Of a stretch of DNA of 57,189 bases, positions 38,503 through 47,948 are shown piece after piece. Source of the DNA: a bacterium. GTDB lineage: Bacteria; Krumholzibacteriota; Krumholzibacteriia; LZORAL124-64-63. Positions within the stretch are counted from its first letter, which is position 1. Every line of letters begins with the position of its first letter. Location: positions 1-57,189 of the forward strand of contig JANOEP010000022.1 of assembly GCA_031441465.1 (NCBI GenBank), in the 5' to 3' direction. Under the pieces are notes generated by a model. The model saw nothing but the letters and a program-made list of their open reading frames with translations. It did not search any database and was not told the origin of the DNA. Position numbers and translations under genes: made by a program.

Positions 38503-41121
38503 GTGCGCAAATCCCCCATCCTGACGACGTGCCTGTTCCTGCTCGCCGCCGCGGCAGCCGGAGCCCAGACTTTCCCGATCCTCGAGCAGGGCCTGCTGCC
38601 CGGCGACACCGCAGTGTCGGCGGCCACGGGCAGCCAGCAGGACCACGACGCCGCCCGGGGCGGCGACATGACCCTGGTCGTCTGGTCGGACTTCCGCGGG
38701 CAGGAGGTCGGCGGCGGGACGGAGCAGAGCGGCGGCGACGTCTTCGGGATCCGCCTCGACGCGCAGGGCGCGCCGCTCGACGCCTCGCCGATCCTGATCG
38801 CCGGCGGCATGGGCCTGCAGGACCGCCCGTTCATCGCCTGGAACGGGGAGGCCTGGCTGGTCGTGTTCCGCTCCCAGGATCCGGTGGGCGGCTACTTCGA
38901 GTACCGCACGCGCGCGGTGCGCGTCTCGGCGCAGGGCCAGGTGCTCGACGCGACGCCCATCACCTTCCCGGCGACACAGTTCGAGCCCAACGACATCGGC
39001 CTGAATGTGGCCGGGCAGGGCGGGCAGTGGCTCGTCACCCGCTGCATCTACCACAACGACGGCTACGGCACCTTCCTGGCCGGCCAGCGCATCAACACCG
39101 CCGGCCAGCTGCTGGACCCCACGCCGATCGTGATCATGGACTGGGTGTACGGACCCACCAAGGCGGTCGTCGCCGACGGCGAGTACCTGGTCATCGGGCC
39201 CGACTGGTCCGACGGCGGCACGCTCAAGGCGCGGCGCGTGGGGCTGGACGCGCAGCCGTTCGGCGCCTCGTTCACCGTGCCGGGCATGACCATCGCCGGC
39301 AGCGGCAGCGAGTACTACGTCTCGTGGATCGTGGACTTCGGGACCCTGCTCGGCTCGCGCATGACCCTCGACGGCACGCTGCTGACGCCCGCGGGCACGG
39401 TGCTCGTGTCGGGCTTCACGCAGTACGACCATTCCACGCTGGCCCACGACGGCGCCCAGTGGTGGCTGGAGTGGGGCGTCTCGGACATCCTGCGCACCGT
39501 GCGCATCGACGCCGCCGGCAACGTGCTGGACCCGAACGGTGGCGTGCTGCTGCCGATCGTCATCGGCGGCAACGTCAACACGGCCTACGGACCGCTCATG
39601 ACCGGCCGGGTCGGCGGCGGCGTGCACCTGTTCTGGTACGACCTGCGCGTCGCGCTGGGCTACGACACCAACGTCTTCAAGCTGCCCATCAGCGCGGGCA
39701 ACGTGCCGGGCGCCGAGAGCAGCGTCTCGACCGGCACGCGCAGCCAGCGCACGCCCGACTTCGCGCAGGGGCCCGGCGCCCAGACGGCGCTGGTCTTCGT
39801 CAGCGAGGCGGCCCACGACGACCGCGTGCTGCTGCACTTCCTGGACGCGGACGGGCAGCCCGCCGCCGCCGAGCCGATCGAGGTCGCGGCGGCCGCGAGC
39901 ATCGGCCAGACCGGGATCGCCTGGAACGGCGCGCTGTACCTGGTGACCTGGGACGACGGCTCGCTCGGGGTGCGGGCGCGCCGGCTGAACGCCGACGGCT
40001 CCTTCGTCGATCCCGCGCCGTTCAACGTCATGCCGGGGTTCGACCCCGACGTCGAGGCCCTGGGCGAGGACTTCCTGATCGCCACGGCGCGCTACGGCAC
40101 CTACCCGCAGTACATCAGCGCCTGGATGCGGATCGTCGACGGGCCGACCGGCGGCTTCCAGAACGCCGCCACGGTCATCGGCGGCGGCTACGTGAACGTG
40201 GGCCCGCGCGTGCGCCAGGACGGGTCGCGCTGGATCGTGACCTACCACAGCCACTGGACGCACGACAGCAGCCAATCGGACGCGGTCTACAACTTCGTGA
40301 ACCCGAACGGCACCTTCACGGCGGCGTCCAACCCCGCGACGACCTCAGGCGGGTCCGGCACGCCGGACGTGGCCTTCTCAGGCCAGAAGTACCTGTTCGT
40401 GTGGCGGAACAACTCGCTGGCCAACGCCAACAACTACATCGTGGGCCGGATCATGAACGCCGACGGCACGTTCCCCGGCGGCAACTTCACGATCGCCGAG
40501 GCGCCGGGCCGCCAGCTGCGGCCGGTCGTGGGCTGGGACGGCGCGACCTTCGTGGTCGCCTGGGACGACCAGCGCCACCAGGACTCGTTCTTCGACGCGC
40601 GGACGGACGTCTACGGCGCGCGGGTCAGCGAGGCCGGCGCGGTGCTCGACCCGGCGGGCTTCCCGATCCAGGTCGGCGCCCAGGGCGACGCCACCGCCGC
40701 GATCCTCAGCCGCAGCGACGGCGTCAGCCTGGTGGCCTGCGCCCGGTTCTCGATGGCCGCGCCGTACGATTCGTACCGCATCGGCGTCACGAAGCTGGGC
40801 ACCAGCACGCTGGCGACCGGCGTCGGGCCGCTGGCGCGGCCGCTGCTGCGCGTCAACGCGCCCAACCCGTTCAACCCCCGCACGGCGTTCAGCTTCACGC
40901 TGGACCGCGACGCGCAGGTGTCGCTGGCCGTGTTCGACCTGCGCGGGCACCGCGTGCGCACGATCGTGGAGCAGCGGCTGGCCGCGGGCAGCTACGACGG
41001 GGTGTACGCGTGGGACGGGCGCGACGAGCAGGGGAGGGCGGCCACGAGCGGGACCTACCTGTACCGGATGACGACCGATGGGGGCTACAGCGAATCCCGC
41101 CGGATGACGTTGCTCAGATGA
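38503..41121 (+). CDS. Secreted beta-repeat (propeller-like) protein with FlgD-type C-terminus (872 aa)
   Basis: GGGAGG RBS, GTG start, signal peptide, recurring P.(I/V)AW.G..(Y/F)LV.W and GxxLDP blades, PNPFNP...RMTLLR. Confidence 0.88.
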   Translation: MRKSPILTTCLFLLAAAAAGAQTFPILEQGLLPGDTAVSAATGSQQDHDAARGGDMTLVVWSDFRGQEVGGGTEQSGGDVFGIRLDAQGAPLDASPILIAGGMGLQDRPFIAWNGEAWLVVFRSQDPVGGYFEYRTRAVRVSAQGQVLDATPITFPATQFEPNDIGLNVAGQGGQWLVTRCIYHNDGYGTFLAGQRINTAGQLLDPTPIVIMDWVYGPTKAVVADGEYLVIGPDWSDGGTLKARRVGLDAQPFGASFTVPGMTIAGSGSEYYVSWIVDFGTLLGSRMTLDGTLLTPAGTVLVSGFTQYDHSTLAHDGAQWWLEWGVSDILRTVRIDAAGNVLDPNGGVLLPIVIGGNVNTAYGPLMTGRVGGGVHLFWYDLRVALGYDTNVFKLPISAGNVPGAESSVSTGTRSQRTPDFAQGPGAQTALVFVSEAAHDDRVLLHFLDADGQPAAAEPIEVAAAASIGQTGIAWNGALYLVTWDDGSLGVRARRLNADGSFVDPAPFNVMPGFDPDVEALGEDFLIATARYGTYPQYISAWMRIVDGPTGGFQNAATVIGGGYVNVGPRVRQDGSRWIVTYHSHWTHDSSQSDAVYNFVNPNGTFTAASNPATTSGGSGTPDVAFSGQKYLFVWRNNSLANANNYIVGRIMNADGTFPGGNFTIAEAPGRQLRPVVGWDGATFVVAWDDQRHQDSFFDARTDVYGARVSEAGAVLDPAGFPIQVGAQGDATAAILSRSDGVSLVACARFSMAAPYDSYRIGVTKLGTSTLATGVGPLARPLLRVNAPNPFNPRTAFSFTLDRDAQVSLAVFDLRGHRVRTIVEQRLAAGSYDGVYAWDGRDEQGRAATSGTYLYRMTTDGGYSESRRMTLLR

Positions 41122-41142
41122 GATCCGCACCGGGGCGGGAAT

Positions 41143-41170
41143 GGGCGGGCGGGGGTGACCCCGCCCGTTC
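41143..41170 (+). repeat. 28-bp palindromic repeat, copy 2
   Basis: GGGCGGGCGGGGGTGACCCCGCCCGTTC, 27/28 identical to 27431..27458. Confidence 0.8.
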
Positions 41171-41685
41171 TGCGTGTGGTCAAATCGAAAGTGGGAGTTT
41201 GAATTTGACCACAGTGCGGCACACCGGCGGCAGAGGGTCAACGGACACCGACAGGCCGGAGTAGCGACCTCGTCTGCCGGCTAAAGGTCGTTGAATGAAC
41301 TTGCGACAATCTTGCGACATTGCTGGGGTGCCGGCGCTGGACTCCAGTCGCTCCGGGTGGGCCCGAAAATAGGCCGGAGCGTTATTTTCATTTTTTCAAT
41401 TTATGAAAACAAGGTGAGCCGGCCATCATGTTGTGTAAATCGAATGTACAGCTTTCGATTTGCATAAACCTCCATAACAAAATTCATGACAACAAGATAC
41501 AGCTATGATGCAGGTCGCGTTTCGCCCCCGGCAGCACCATCGATCCCGTGAAGAAGCCCCGTTTGCTCGCCCAGAGCCCCTAGCCAGCCGGCCGCCATAT
41601 TGACTACACGCCATCAATAGCGGTAGCATCATCCGCAGGGGTTTCCCGCCATCCGACAATCCATCCGACCGAGGGAGGAATCGCC

Positions 41686-43755
41686 ATGTTCCGCCGCCTC
41701 GTCGTCTCCGCCGCCCAGCTGCTGTTGGCCGCCGGTTTGGTGCTCGCGCCCGCCGCCGCCTCCGCCTGGGAGATGCTCTCCTACGTGAACGATCCCGAGG
41801 ACCTGGCGATCGACGAATCGCTGGACATCACGGGCGCGAGCGTGGAGCAGCAGGGCGGCCGGCTGCTGTTCACCATCGCGCTGCGCGGGGACGTGCCCGC
41901 GAGCCTGCCCGGGCCGGACGACAGCCAGACCTACCTGTGGTTCCTGGACACGGACGAGGACCCGTCCACCGGGCAGAACCACGGCGCGGTCGGCAGCGAG
42001 TTCAACGTGCGGGCGGTGATCGGGGAGACCTACGGCGGCGGCTGGGTGGACGTGACCAGCGGGATGCCGGGCGGGGGCACGGGCACCGTCACGGTCGAGG
42101 GGTCGGTCGTCTTCATCAGCGTCTGGATGGACCAGATCGGCAACGCGGCCAGCTTCAACTGGCGCTGCGCGACGTTCAAGGTCATCGGCGGGAACTACGA
42201 GCAGGGGAACTTCGACACCGCGGTCGGCAACGCCGTGATGCTGGCGTACACGGCACCCGCGAGCGTCTCGGTGACGACGCCCATCCTCGAGCTGTGCCCC
42301 TCGGGGCCGGCCACCGGGCAGCTGCAGGTTGAGCTCCGCGACGCCGACGGCGCGATCCTGCCCAACGAGGAGCACGTCATCACCTACCACAGCACCAACG
42401 ATGCCGTCGCCACGGTCGACGCCGACGGGCTGGTCACCGCGATCGTCCCGCCCACCTACCACTGGCAGACGCCGTACATCGAGGTCTGGGCCGATGGCGT
42501 GATGGCGGACAACTCCGCGGTGATCCGCGTGAACGCGTTCGACGTCGGGGTTGTCCACGAGACGTTCCCGGCTGAGCACGTGTCGTTCTACCTGCCGGCG
42601 ATGATCGAGGGGGTGGACCTCGGGGCGCTGACTGAGGACTTCGAGGTGGTGCATGCCACCGATGCCGCCTACGCGGCCCAGGAGGCGGGGCTCGGCACCG
42701 TGCCGACCAATGGCGGCACCGAGTGGTTCGTCCTGGACGTGGCCACCGACCCCGTGACGTCGGTCTGCGGGGCGAGCGGCAATCCGATCCGGCTGGGCTG
42801 GACCTGGGGCGAGCCGCAGCACAACACCTGCTACATCATCAACGATCCGGCGAACCGCCGGCCGCAGTGGTTCGTGCTGTGGCACGAGATGGGCCACAAC
42901 TTCACGTGCGCCTGCAACGCGTTCAACATGTACCTGTGGACGCCGTCGCCGACGCACAACTCGACGTATTGCGAGGGGCTGGCCTCGCTGGCGGCGATGT
43001 GGTCGTGGCGGGTGGCCATGGATTATCCGAGCGATCTGGGGATGCCGGCGCACTCCGACATCGACAACCACTACTGCGACTACTGGGGTAACTTCCAGAA
43101 CTCGCTGACCGACTACCGCGCCGGGGGGCGCGACTACGGCACGATCGACGCCAACGTGCTCGACGGGATCCTGATGGAGATGTGGGGCACGTACGGGATC
43201 AAGTGCTGGTACGACCTGTTCAGCACGTTCCTGCCGGCGCAGGAGCCGATCCCGATCGCGATCGACACGATCGAGAAGCAGGCGACCTGGTTCGTGGCGG
43301 CGATGAGCGCTTCGGCGGGGGAGGATCTGCGGGAGCTGTTCAGGAACGATTACGGGTTCCCGATCGACGAGGGGGCGTGGCCGGAGATCATGGGCGTGGT
43401 GCAGGATCGGGTGGATGCGCGGGACTTCTATTCGGTGGGGGTTGGGGAGACGCCGCCGGTGGTGGTGGCGGGGGATCGGTTGCTGGCGAATGTGCCTAAT
43501 CCGTTCAATCCCAGTACTTCGGTTGGGTTCGTGCTTGGGCGCGATGCTCGGGTGACCCTGGGGGTTTACGATGTGCGGGGTAGGCTCGTGCGGGGGTTGC
43601 TGGATGCCGAGATGGAGGCCGGGGAGTATCGGGATGCCTGCACTTGGGACGGACGGGATGATCGGGGGCGGGCGGTGACCAGCGGGACCTACTTCCTGCG
43701 GATGGTTACTGATGAGAGATTCAAGTGGGCAAGGAAAGTAATGTTGGTGCGTTGA
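41686..43755 (+). CDS. Secreted gluzincin (M60-like) metalloprotease with Ig-like (Big_2) and FlgD-type domains (689 aa)
   Basis: GGAGG RBS, signal peptide, STNDAVATVDADGLVTA (Big_2), LWHEMGHNF plus downstream YCEG, PNPFNP...KVMLVR. Confidence 0.85.
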   Translation: MFRRLVVSAAQLLLAAGLVLAPAAASAWEMLSYVNDPEDLAIDESLDITGASVEQQGGRLLFTIALRGDVPASLPGPDDSQTYLWFLDTDEDPSTGQNHGAVGSEFNVRAVIGETYGGGWVDVTSGMPGGGTGTVTVEGSVVFISVWMDQIGNAASFNWRCATFKVIGGNYEQGNFDTAVGNAVMLAYTAPASVSVTTPILELCPSGPATGQLQVELRDADGAILPNEEHVITYHSTNDAVATVDADGLVTAIVPPTYHWQTPYIEVWADGVMADNSAVIRVNAFDVGVVHETFPAEHVSFYLPAMIEGVDLGALTEDFEVVHATDAAYAAQEAGLGTVPTNGGTEWFVLDVATDPVTSVCGASGNPIRLGWTWGEPQHNTCYIINDPANRRPQWFVLWHEMGHNFTCACNAFNMYLWTPSPTHNSTYCEGLASLAAMWSWRVAMDYPSDLGMPAHSDIDNHYCDYWGNFQNSLTDYRAGGRDYGTIDANVLDGILMEMWGTYGIKCWYDLFSTFLPAQEPIPIAIDTIEKQATWFVAAMSASAGEDLRELFRNDYGFPIDEGAWPEIMGVVQDRVDARDFYSVGVGETPPVVVAGDRLLANVPNPFNPSTSVGFVLGRDARVTLGVYDVRGRLVRGLLDAEMEAGEYRDACTWDGRDDRGRAVTSGTYFLRMVTDERFKWARKVMLVR

Positions 43756-43881
43756 GTTGAGTCGTATGAAATCTCCCGAATTGAGATCGATTAGCGATCC
43801 GTGATAGCATCCCGGTCTTGATGACCCGATCAACCCAAGGTATCGGGTGATTATTCATGATCGAATGGGCGAAGTAGATTA

Positions 43882-44784
43882 ATGAAGAACACCGAAATCC
43901 TCAACCGCCTCACCGCGGTCAACGTCTGGACCAGCGGCACCCGCCGCGCGCCCCACAAACCCCTACTCCTGCTGCTGGCTCTCGCCCGCTGCAGTCGCGG
44001 CGAGCCGCGCGAGATCCCGTACCGGGAGGTTGACCAGAAGCTGGGCGCCCTGCTTCGCGAGTTCGGCCCGCCGAGCAAGTCCTACCATCCGGAGTACCCG
44101 TTCTGGCGCCTGCAGAACGACGGCATCTGGCTGGTCCGGGACGCGGACAACCTGGCGCTGCGCACTGGGCACAGCGACGCCCGCAAGTCGGAGCTGATGC
44201 GAACCAACGCCCTGGGTGGCCTGACACCGGAGATCTACGAGGCACTGCGGAAGGATCACAAGCTGCTGGCTGATGTGGCCAGGGCAATCCTCGAAACCCA
44301 TTTTCCCTCTACCCTGCATGATGACATCCTGTCCGCAGTGGGATTGGACCTGGAGCGATCGACGTCGTCCCGAGCCAAGCGCGACCCGGCATTCCGGGAG
44401 AAGGTCCTGCGCGCCTACGAGCGGCGCTGCGCCGTCTGCGGGTTCGACCTGCGTCTGGGAGCGGTGGACGTGGCCCTGGAGGCGGCGCACATCAAGTGGC
44501 ATGAGGCGGGCGGCCCTGATGTGGAGTGCAACGGCCTGGCCCTTTGCACAATGCACCACAAGCTGCTGGATCGGGGAGTGTTCACCGTGTCGGTAGAGCG
44601 GCGATTATTAGTGTCGCAGGATGTCTCGGGATCGCAGGGAATTCATGAGCAACTACTGCGGTTCCACGCTAAGCCGATCAGGGAACCACAGAGCCGGGAA
44701 TATTTGCCGTCACCCCAGTATCTATCTTGGCATGGGGATCAGGTTTTCCGTAAGCCGGCGCGAGGTTCGTACGACGCACATTAA
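43882..44784 (+). CDS. SBD-HNH endonuclease, putative phosphorothioate-dependent (type IV) restriction enzyme (300 aa)
   Basis: Sulfur-binding-domain-like RAPHKPLLLL and YPFWRLQND; HNH FREKVLRAY..RCAVCG...LEAAHI...NGLALCTMHHKLLDRG. Confidence 0.85.
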   Translation: MKNTEILNRLTAVNVWTSGTRRAPHKPLLLLLALARCSRGEPREIPYREVDQKLGALLREFGPPSKSYHPEYPFWRLQNDGIWLVRDADNLALRTGHSDARKSELMRTNALGGLTPEIYEALRKDHKLLADVARAILETHFPSTLHDDILSAVGLDLERSTSSRAKRDPAFREKVLRAYERRCAVCGFDLRLGAVDVALEAAHIKWHEAGGPDVECNGLALCTMHHKLLDRGVFTVSVERRLLVSQDVSGSQGIHEQLLRFHAKPIREPQSREYLPSPQYLSWHGDQVFRKPARGSYDAH

Positions 44785-44843
44785 CCGGATAATTGGGGAC
44801 TAGGAACGAACTCGATACTGCCATGAAGGGACGACTAGATCCC

Positions 44844-46352
44844 ATGTCCGGTACCAACCCCTACTGCTCCACCCTGAACATCCGCCCCCCCACCCTGGAA
44901 TCCGTCCGCCACCACCCCGAAGCCACCTGCTACAACATGCTCCTGGTCGCCCTCCTGGAACGCGGTGCCCCCATGACCCTCGCCGAAGTCGCCGAGCGCT
45001 TGGAAGCCGCCGGCGTGGCCCCCGCCGCCGCCGCCCTCGCCTCACTCAAGCGCTGCAAGCCCGGACGCGCGCCCATCTACCGCGACGGCGACCTCTACGC
45101 CCTGGACCCCCACGACGACGACGCATCGCTGCGTGTCTTCTGCCTCGGCCTGCGCCCCCCGCGCGCCCCCGCACTGCGGGTCGCCCGCCCCGAGCCGTAC
45201 CCGCTCCCGTCGAGCGACGAGCCGCTGCGGCCGCCCCACATCACGGATGCGTGGGAGAGCGGCATCCCCTGGAACTGGTCGGTCCAGCGGATCGTGATCT
45301 GCATCCTGGACACCCACGACGAGCCCCAGGAGCCGGCGGCGGTCCAGACCCTCGCCCGCCTGCTCGGCGACGGCGACCGAGTCACGCCCGCCGCCGCCGA
45401 CCGCTGGCGGAGCGGTTCCCCGATCCGGGTGACGGCGGACGGCCGCTGGGAACTGGACGCCGCACACCCCGCCGTCGTGTCGGCCCGCCTGGCGGTCATC
45501 GACCGCATCGCGATGATCCGCCGCCGCCGCAGCCTCCTGCCCGATCCCGAGGTCCAGCAGGCCAATTTCAAACGCTTCGAGAGGGAAAGCGCGGAGAACG
45601 CCGCGCAACTGGCCGCCATGCGCCGCGTCATCCTGCACGCGTTCCCGGCCGCTAAGCCCGAGGCGCTCGTGCTCCTGGACGTCGAGCGGCGCGAGATCGT
45701 CACGCTGCTGGGCGACAAACTCGCCGACGCCAAGTCGATGCTGCACGACTATGGCATCATCGCCGCCGTCGACGTGCGGACCCTGCTGCGCCGCCTGGAG
45801 TTCGATCCCGGCGAACGGCGGCTGGGCGAGCTGGGCCCGCCCCAGAAGACGATGCAGATCAACCGGCAGGGCCGGACCCTCCGCATCACCCTCGACCTTC
45901 TGGTCCAGGGCTCCTGCAACCTCGGCCGCCCCTTTGGCGACGCCGACACGCTGCGCGGCTATCTCCAGCGCGGCGAGACCACCAAGCTGAGGCGTCGGCT
46001 CGAGTCGGATGCCAAGTCCCTGTTCGCCCTCTACCAGTACGGTCGCCTCCACGGCACGGTGCGGCTGCGCTGGGGCTTCCTGGACGAGTGGCTCCCGGTG
46101 CCTTGGGTCCACCGCGACGAGCCGCGCCTCCACCAGCTGATGAGTCAGGCACACACGCTCGGCCGTCAGCTGGAGGTCGTGGCCGGCGGCGCGCCCGGCT
46201 GGAGCGACCCGTGGGCGCGGGCCCGGTTGGCACAGGTCCACGCGGACGCGAGCGGTTGGCATACGTGGCTCGTAGACGAGCACGGCTTCGAGATCGAGGA
46301 GCGGGAAGTCCAACTGGCGCGGCTCGCGGCGCAGGAGACGACCGGGCGATGA
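44844..46352 (+). CDS. Conserved hypothetical protein X, copy 1 (502 aa), with N-terminal winged-helix-like segment
   Basis: Aligns end to end with 49055..50563. The start was chosen from the alignment (MSGTNPYC / MTETNPYC). Confidence 0.88.
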   Translation: MSGTNPYCSTLNIRPPTLESVRHHPEATCYNMLLVALLERGAPMTLAEVAERLEAAGVAPAAAALASLKRCKPGRAPIYRDGDLYALDPHDDDASLRVFCLGLRPPRAPALRVARPEPYPLPSSDEPLRPPHITDAWESGIPWNWSVQRIVICILDTHDEPQEPAAVQTLARLLGDGDRVTPAAADRWRSGSPIRVTADGRWELDAAHPAVVSARLAVIDRIAMIRRRRSLLPDPEVQQANFKRFERESAENAAQLAAMRRVILHAFPAAKPEALVLLDVERREIVTLLGDKLADAKSMLHDYGIIAAVDVRTLLRRLEFDPGERRLGELGPPQKTMQINRQGRTLRITLDLLVQGSCNLGRPFGDADTLRGYLQRGETTKLRRRLESDAKSLFALYQYGRLHGTVRLRWGFLDEWLPVPWVHRDEPRLHQLMSQAHTLGRQLEVVAGGAPGWSDPWARARLAQVHADASGWHTWLVDEHGFEIEEREVQLARLAAQETTGR

Positions 46353-46430
46353 ACCGGAACAACAAAGATGTCCGAGACGCTCACATGCAACGCGACAGGA
46401 CCGGCAGCCCCGCGCCGGGCGAACGCGGGA

Positions 46431-46871
46431 TCACACGTTCTCCGTGTCGGCGACTCGATCGCGCCCACCGGCGGCTCGCGCCTCCGCCAAGACATCCTGG
46501 TACGTCGACGCGAACCGGGATGACAAGTAGCCCGTTGCGGTGAGTTGTGACGAGGCCTCGGACAGCAGCGAGCACACCAGCGTGTTCAGCGAGACACCCT
46601 CGACCTGCGCTTGCCAGACGAGCCGGGCGTGCAGGGTGCGGGGCAGGCGGACCCGGAACTGTCCGCTGTGGGCGGCGAGTTCGAACCGCGCCGGTGGCGC
46701 CTCGCCCGACTCTGCCATGTCCTCGAGAACCAGGTCGATCGCGACCTTCAGTTCGTGGACGGCATCCTCTTCGGTGTCGGCCAGGGCCGTGAGGTGTCCC
46801 AGTTCCGGGCAGGTGGCGACGTATTGGCGGTCTTCGCTGCTCCAGGCGACGAACTGGCTGTAGCCGGGCAT
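46431..46871 (-). CDS. hicB: HicB-family antitoxin (146 aa)
   Basis: GGAGG RBS, WSSEDRQYVATCPEL...ADTEEDA, RHH domain HSGQFRVRLPRTLHARL..QAQVEGVSLNTL. Confidence 0.9.
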   Translation of the reverse strand: MPGYSQFVAWSSEDRQYVATCPELGHLTALADTEEDAVHELKVAIDLVLEDMAESGEAPPARFELAAHSGQFRVRLPRTLHARLVWQAQVEGVSLNTLVCSLLSEASSQLTATGYLSSRFASTYQDVLAEARAAGGRDRVADTENV

Positions 46872-46883
46872 AGGGGTTCCTCC

Positions 46884-47015
46884 GCTAGTCTTCGATCAGC
46901 TTGTCATACCGTGAGTTGCAGATTCGCACAACCATGGCACCGCCTGTGGTTCCAGTATGTAAAGTGCTTCTTGTGAAGCGGCCAGGCCGGATTCGCTGGG
47001 CGAACTTTTCGAGAG
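46884..47015 (-). pseudogene. Possible decayed hicA toxin remnant
   Basis: No intact ORF upstream of hicB. Fragments in different frames (LEK...RF, KHFTYW...NLQ, KLIED*) resemble HicA. Confidence 0.35.
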
Positions 47016-47020
47016 CGATC

Positions 47021-47115
47021 GACTTGCCAATATGAGCAACTATCGCCTTTTAAAATGCCATTCTACGCCAGTATTGGCAAGTAGACTTGACAATATGCGC
47101 ACAAAATAGTACTGT
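47021..47115 (+). promoter_or_regulatory. abiE promoter with repeated operator-like motif
   Basis: TTGACA (47087)-N17-TACTGT. The motif ACTTG(C/A)CAATA occurs at 47022 (+), 47072..47082 (-) and 47085 (+). Confidence 0.7.
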
Positions 47116-47120
47116 TACCC

Positions 47121-47948
47121 ATGATGATGTCGCAAAACGACAACCCCATGCGTCCACGCGATTTCTTCGCCACCCACTCGGTATTCACCCATACCGAGTT
47201 CGTGACCGTCCACACGGCGGGCGGGCGCAGCCCGCATACCAGCAACAGCCTGCTCGCCGGCCATGTCGCCACCGGGCGTCTGTTGCGGGTCAAACGCGGG
47301 ATCTACGCCACAGTGCCGGCCGGCTTGGCCCCGGAGAAGTACCAGCCCGACCCGTATCTCCTCGCGACTCATTTACGCGATGACGCTGTGGTGGCCTACC
47401 ACGCCGCCCTGGCCTTTCATGGTCACGCCTATTCCCTCTGGTGGCGAGTGCAGTACATGACCGCGGTGCGGGTGCGGCCCTTCACCTTCCGAGGGACCGA
47501 GTTCGTCGGTGTGCAGGCCCCCCGGGCGGTCCGCGGCTTGCTGGATTTCGGAGGCGGCGTGCAGGTGCGGCCCCACGCCGGCGGCCAGGTGCGGGTGATG
47601 AGTCTCGAACGAAGCCTGGTCGACCTGCTCCATGCACCGGAACAGGGTGGAGGCTGGGAAGAGATCTGGCGTTCGCTGGAATCGGTCGAGTTCTTCGATC
47701 TCGATGCGGTGATCGGGCATGCCCTGCAGATGGGATCGGCGCTGACCGTCGCGCGGGTCGGGTTCTATCTGGAACAGCATCGCGAAGAGTTGATGGTCGA
47801 AGAGGTCCACCTCCGCGCACTCGCCGGGCACATCCCGGCGCAGCCGAGCTATCTGGATCGTCGCCGTCAGTCGGGGAAGCTGATGAACCGCTGGAATCTC
47901 ATCGTCCCCGAACAGGTCCTGGGCCGGATGTGGGAGGAGCCGATGTGA
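47121..47948 (+). CDS. abiEi: Type IV toxin-antitoxin AbiEi-family antitoxin / regulator (275 aa)
   Basis: wHTH with GRLLRVKRGIY, VAYHAALAFHG, MSLERSLVDLL, RVGFYLE, RWNLIVP. GTGA overlap with the toxin gene. Confidence 0.88.
   Translation: MMMSQNDNPMRPRDFFATHSVFTHTEFVTVHTAGGRSPHTSNSLLAGHVATGRLLRVKRGIYATVPAGLAPEKYQPDPYLLATHLRDDAVVAYHAALAFHGHAYSLWWRVQYMTAVRVRPFTFRGTEFVGVQAPRAVRGLLDFGGGVQVRPHAGGQVRVMSLERSLVDLLHAPEQGGGWEEIWRSLESVEFFDLDAVIGHALQMGSALTVARVGFYLEQHREELMVEEVHLRALAGHIPAQPSYLDRRRQSGKLMNRWNLIVPEQVLGRMWEEPM

Noticed and set aside
22300..41121. Similar FlgD-tail DNA as a diversity-generating retroelement TR/VR pair
   Set aside because: Both copies are coding, the differences are mostly synonymous and not adenine-specific, and no reverse transcriptase is present.
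46349..46543. Short ORF coupled by ATGA to X copy 1 as a Y homolog
   Set aside because: It shows no similarity to Y, has low-complexity sequence, and overlaps the 3' end of hicB on the opposite strand.
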